A model generated the notes under the pieces. The model ran no database searches and had not been told where the DNA came from. It saw nothing but the letters and a program-made list of their open reading frames with translations. From contig OY781066.1 in the NCBI GenBank assembly GCA_963676395.1, positions 480,001 to 544,000 on the forward strand: DNA of 64,000 nucleotides. The letters are read 5' to 3'. A program made the position numbers and the translations under genes. The stretch comes from a bacterium (GTDB taxonomy: Bacteria > Fidelibacterota > Fidelibacteria > Fidelibacterales > Fidelibacteraceae). Positions 60,917 to 64,000 of the stretch are shown here, piece after piece (the first letter of the stretch is position 1; the number at the start of each line of letters is the position of its first letter).

Positions 60917-63900
60917 TTACTTGAGTAAAGTCAGCTTTCTTGCACTTACCTCATTTCCAACAATCAACTTACAAATGTAAATACCCGAACTGAGATCATG
61001 GGCATTAAATACCACCTTGTGCTGGCCGGATTTTTGATAAGCATCATAAAGTGTTGTGATACATCTACCATTGAGATCATATATCTCAATACGTACATCC
61101 GCTGAACTTTTCATTGAATACGGGATAGTCGTAATAGGATTGAAGGGGTTAGGATAATTCGCCATCAAATAATAATCTTCAAGTTCAACACGATGATAGA
61201 TGGATGTTGGAATTGATGTAGCATCAAAACGATAAACACCAATACCGTTTTGGTTTCCAATTACAAAAATATCGAATTTACCGTTATCCCGTGCTCTTAC
61301 CTCAACATCACCCGATCCATTTCGGTTATGTGTTGTTCCCAGACTATAAGTTGCACCAACAAATGCAGCAGTACTTAAACCAGTGCTTGCGTCAACAATA
61401 TGCACGGATTCATCTTCTGAACTGTATGTGGCAATATATTGTTTACCATTATATGAAAAACTCTCAATGGAATTACCTCTCACAGGCATTGAAAAATTAC
61501 CCTGCATCCAGTCGATAAATTTACCTTCCTCAGAATAATGACACATATAATATGAGGTTGAGTTAACATAATATGAATCTGCTCCATCTGCGAAAGCCAC
61601 AGAAGGATTTTTGTAATTGTTCTTATCTAGAGTAATCAAAATCTCTTCAAATTTAGAATCGCTGGAATTCCAAACGATCTTCAATAATTTGTTGGTCTTG
61701 GCTCCTGCTGCAAAGATTTCAAGCGACTTATCATCCAAACGACCACGCACACTGATGTGATCTCCCAAACGATATGGAATATTATCGATCTGGTAAATCA
61801 ATGTCGGTGCTTCAAGAGGATTAGTCCATTGATATATCTTAAATTCTCCATTTTTGTCAGCACAATTCGATGCATAGATCACACCGTCTTCGGAGAACTC
61901 TATATCACGTAAAATATGTGTTCCGCCTTCGACACCATCAAGATTCAAATCAAAATTCAATTCCTGACCATCAGCAGCATTAACAGCAACGCATACTACA
62001 CTATCGCCATTACTCTGAAGAACAATAGCGATCTCATTCCCGAAATAATTACCAGCAGCAATAGCCGCGCCATCAAGATCCGGACTTAAATAATCGGGAT
62101 AATTTTGAGCAAGTCTTGAATTTTCCCAGATAGTTTCGACATGTATTTCCCCCGTCCTAAAGCTTGCGACTTCAGACCAACGTGTATATAGGTCTGATCT
62201 TACACGCCAATAATAGTGTGTAGTGGGCTCTAAGCTTGGAGCTTGATAAAGTGTATCATTGATACCACTGGCATCTACAAGGAGGTCTGACATGTCTGAT
62301 GTGGTCGAAATTTGAACCTCGTAGCTTGTAGATCCATTAAAATTTTTCCATAGTAATGTCGGCTCAAACGAAACACCCTGATATGCTGATAGAGGTGACA
62401 ACAATTCAACCTGAGGAGCAAGTTTTGTTTCAAATGACCAAACAGGTGACCAATATTGTTCATTATCGGCTTTCACGCGCCAATAATATTTTGTCGCATA
62501 ACCCAAGTTAACTGTCTCTAGGGTATCGTTAACACTCTTTTGAATAATAGGTGTATTAAAATTAACATTGTCGGAAATTTCCAAATAATATTGGGTAGCC
62601 CCAACTTTTGTCCTCCATTTTAATAGCGTATCCGGTTCCAAATTCTCACTAGCATAAGCGGGTGAAAACAAATCAACGAAATGGTGGTCAATATTAAAAA
62701 GTTCACTCTCATTGGAATAACGGTCAATGGATGTTACGCCATAATAATAAGAGCCGCTTGAGTTATCAGAGTATTCATTGTTTGCTCTCATCAGTACCGT
62801 TTGTGCCATACGCATATCATTTTTATCGATAGGATAAGGCGAACGATATACGACATAAGCATAAGCTGAATCTCTGGGATCTACATATGTTGGTGCATCC
62901 CAGCTTAAAGTTTTGGATCCGTCACCTTCAACCGCCAATTGAATATTTTCAGGACTTAAGGGCGGAAGTGAATCATGCCAAGTCATCACAGGCCATAAGG
63001 ATGGTGAACTATATAAATCGTATTTTAAACTATCAGCCACATGTTTAGAGTTATAATAAAAACTATGAGCAGTAAAGAATACCGATCCATCACAGTTTTC
63101 AGTCTGTCTATTTAAACGTACTTGATTAGGGATTTCTTCAGCAGCCCAATTACTCTCACGAACCCTATAGATAGCCTGCCCCGGATAAAAATGTCTACCG
63201 TAAGTACGGGCTTGTTCAGCCCACCAGGGAATCAGTTTCCCGTAATCTTGTCCTCCACCAAAGGGCCAATAACACTGAGGTGTAATATAGTCTACTGTTT
63301 TTTTCTGCAACCATGCAATCGGATCACAATATAAAACATTAAAAGCATTCATACCGGAAATACCGCTTGGTACACCGGGCTTCCAAATACCAAAAGGGGA
63401 AATTCCCCATTTAACCCAAGGCTTAACAGCATCAATTGAATCGGAAATCGTTTCAACCAACACATTTATATTATCTCTACGCCAATCATGAATATCTGTA
63501 AATCCCCGGGGATCAAGCGAAAATGTTGCAGAATCTTCTTGAACAATACCACTGTAAGGATAAAAGTAATCATCCATATGTAAACCATCAACATCATAGC
63601 GATTGACAATATCCATAAACACATTTGTTATATAATTTCTGACTTCAGGAAGACCCGGATCAAGGATATACACATCAGAAAATTTCAATATCCAATCCGG
63701 ATGCTGTTTTAAAACATGTTGAGAGGAAATATAATTGCTATCATTTACCTTACTTGGAGATTTTACGGCACGATATGGATTAACCCATGCATGTAACTCC
63801 ATACCCAACTTATGCGCTTCTTCTATGGCAAATTCCAAAGGATCCCAATCAGTACCGGGAGCTTTTCCTTGTTCACCGGTAAACCAATACGACCATGGTT

Positions 63901-64000
63901 CAATTGCTGATTTATACATAGCATCGCATTGAGGGCGAACTTGAAAAATAACCGAATTTACGCCGTTGTCTTTGAGTTTTAACAAATAGTTTTTTAAGTC
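60917..64000 (-). CDS. GHL10 (DUF187/YddW-DigH-like) glycoside hydrolase with FN3 repeats and T9SS tail (5' end beyond window)
   Basis: FQVRP, WDPL, ELHAWVNPYR, DGLHMDDYFYPY, GISPFGIW, PQCYW; YYWRV FN3 units; NYPNPFNP...KLTLLK; frame open to 64000. Confidence 0.88.
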   Translation of the reverse strand, partial: DLKNYLLKLKDNGVNSVIFQVRPQCDAMYKSAIEPWSYWFTGEQGKAPGTDWDPLEFAIEEAHKLGMELHAWVNPYRAVKSPSKVNDSNYISSQHVLKQHPDWILKFSDVYILDPGLPEVRNYITNVFMDIVNRYDVDGLHMDDYFYPYSGIVQEDSATFSLDPRGFTDIHDWRRDNINVLVETISDSIDAVKPWVKWGISPFGIWKPGVPSGISGMNAFNVLYCDPIAWLQKKTVDYITPQCYWPFGGGQDYGKLIPWWAEQARTYGRHFYPGQAIYRVRESNWAAEEIPNQVRLNRQTENCDGSVFFTAHSFYYNSKHVADSLKYDLYSSPSLWPVMTWHDSLPPLSPENIQLAVEGDGSKTLSWDAPTYVDPRDSAYAYVVYRSPYPIDKNDMRMAQTVLMRANNEYSDNSSGSYYYGVTSIDRYSNESELFNIDHHFVDLFSPAYASENLEPDTLLKWRTKVGATQYYLEISDNVNFNTPIIQKSVNDTLETVNLGYATKYYWRVKADNEQYWSPVWSFETKLAPQVELLSPLSAYQGVSFEPTLLWKNFNGSTSYEVQISTTSDMSDLLVDASGINDTLYQAPSLEPTTHYYWRVRSDLYTRWSEVASFRTGEIHVETIWENSRLAQNYPDYLSPDLDGAAIAAGNYFGNEIAIVLQSNGDSVVCVAVNAADGQELNFDLNLDGVEGGTHILRDIEFSEDGVIYASNCADKNGEFKIYQWTNPLEAPTLIYQIDNIPYRLGDHISVRGRLDDKSLEIFAAGAKTNKLLKIVWNSSDSKFEEILITLDKNNYKNPSVAFADGADSYYVNSTSYYMCHYSEEGKFIDWMQGNFSMPVRGNSIESFSYNGKQYIATYSSEDESVHIVDASTGLSTAAFVGATYSLGTTHNRNGSGDVEVRARDNGKFDIFVIGNQNGIGVYRFDATSIPTSIYHRVELEDYYLMANYPNPFNPITTIPYSMKSSADVRIEIYDLNGRCITTLYDAYQKSGQHKVVFNAHDLSSGIYICKLIVGNEVSARKLTLLK

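Noticed and set aside
1..64000. Alternative genetic code or programmed frameshifts
   Set aside because: Conserved genes are full length under code 11 and use TAA, TAG and TGA as stops; no split conserved ORFs seen

Overview
Bacterial chromosomal segment, standard genetic code, mostly minus-strand genes. 1-20.3 kb is the ancestral transcription/translation supercluster, read on the minus strand as tRNA-Thr/Tyr/Gly/Thr, tuf, rpmG, tRNA-Trp, secE, nusG, rplKAJL, rpoBC, rpsL, rpsG, fusA, tuf, rpsJ, rplCDW and rplB (partial). 20.5-64 kb is envelope/metabolic. It holds a GWxTD/chorismate mutase/VWA operon, a giant CPBP protease and two GH13 amylases flanking a GltS-family symporter. It also holds a translationally coupled TonB-dependent receptor / 1286-aa Ca-repeat surface protein / PorV-like barrel / multi-CBM-like T9SS cargo module with no SusD, then yhaM-ECF S component-beta-barrel, a SprE-like TPR protein, feoAB-fur and a T9SS-tailed GHL10 hydrolase (partial). 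T9SS-type C-terminal tails, PorV-like and GWxTD proteins, canonical sigma70 promoters and Shine-Dalgarno sites suggest (inference) a non-Bacteroidota FCB-superphylum organism such as Marinimicrobia/Fidelibacterota. Best leads: (1) a SusD-independent TBDR-T9SS alpha-glucan capture system; (2) a terminator/antiterminator RNA switch between tRNA-Gly and tRNA-Thr-tuf; (3) L33 and S10, each following a tuf copy, share an identical first 22 nt; (4) a two-state structure over the rplC RBS; (5) GTAG-headed REP-like palindromes apparently reused as terminators; (6) a His/CxxCH tail on FeoA. No CRISPR array, transposase or integrase was seen. All family assignments come from motif recognition by eye; no searches were run.
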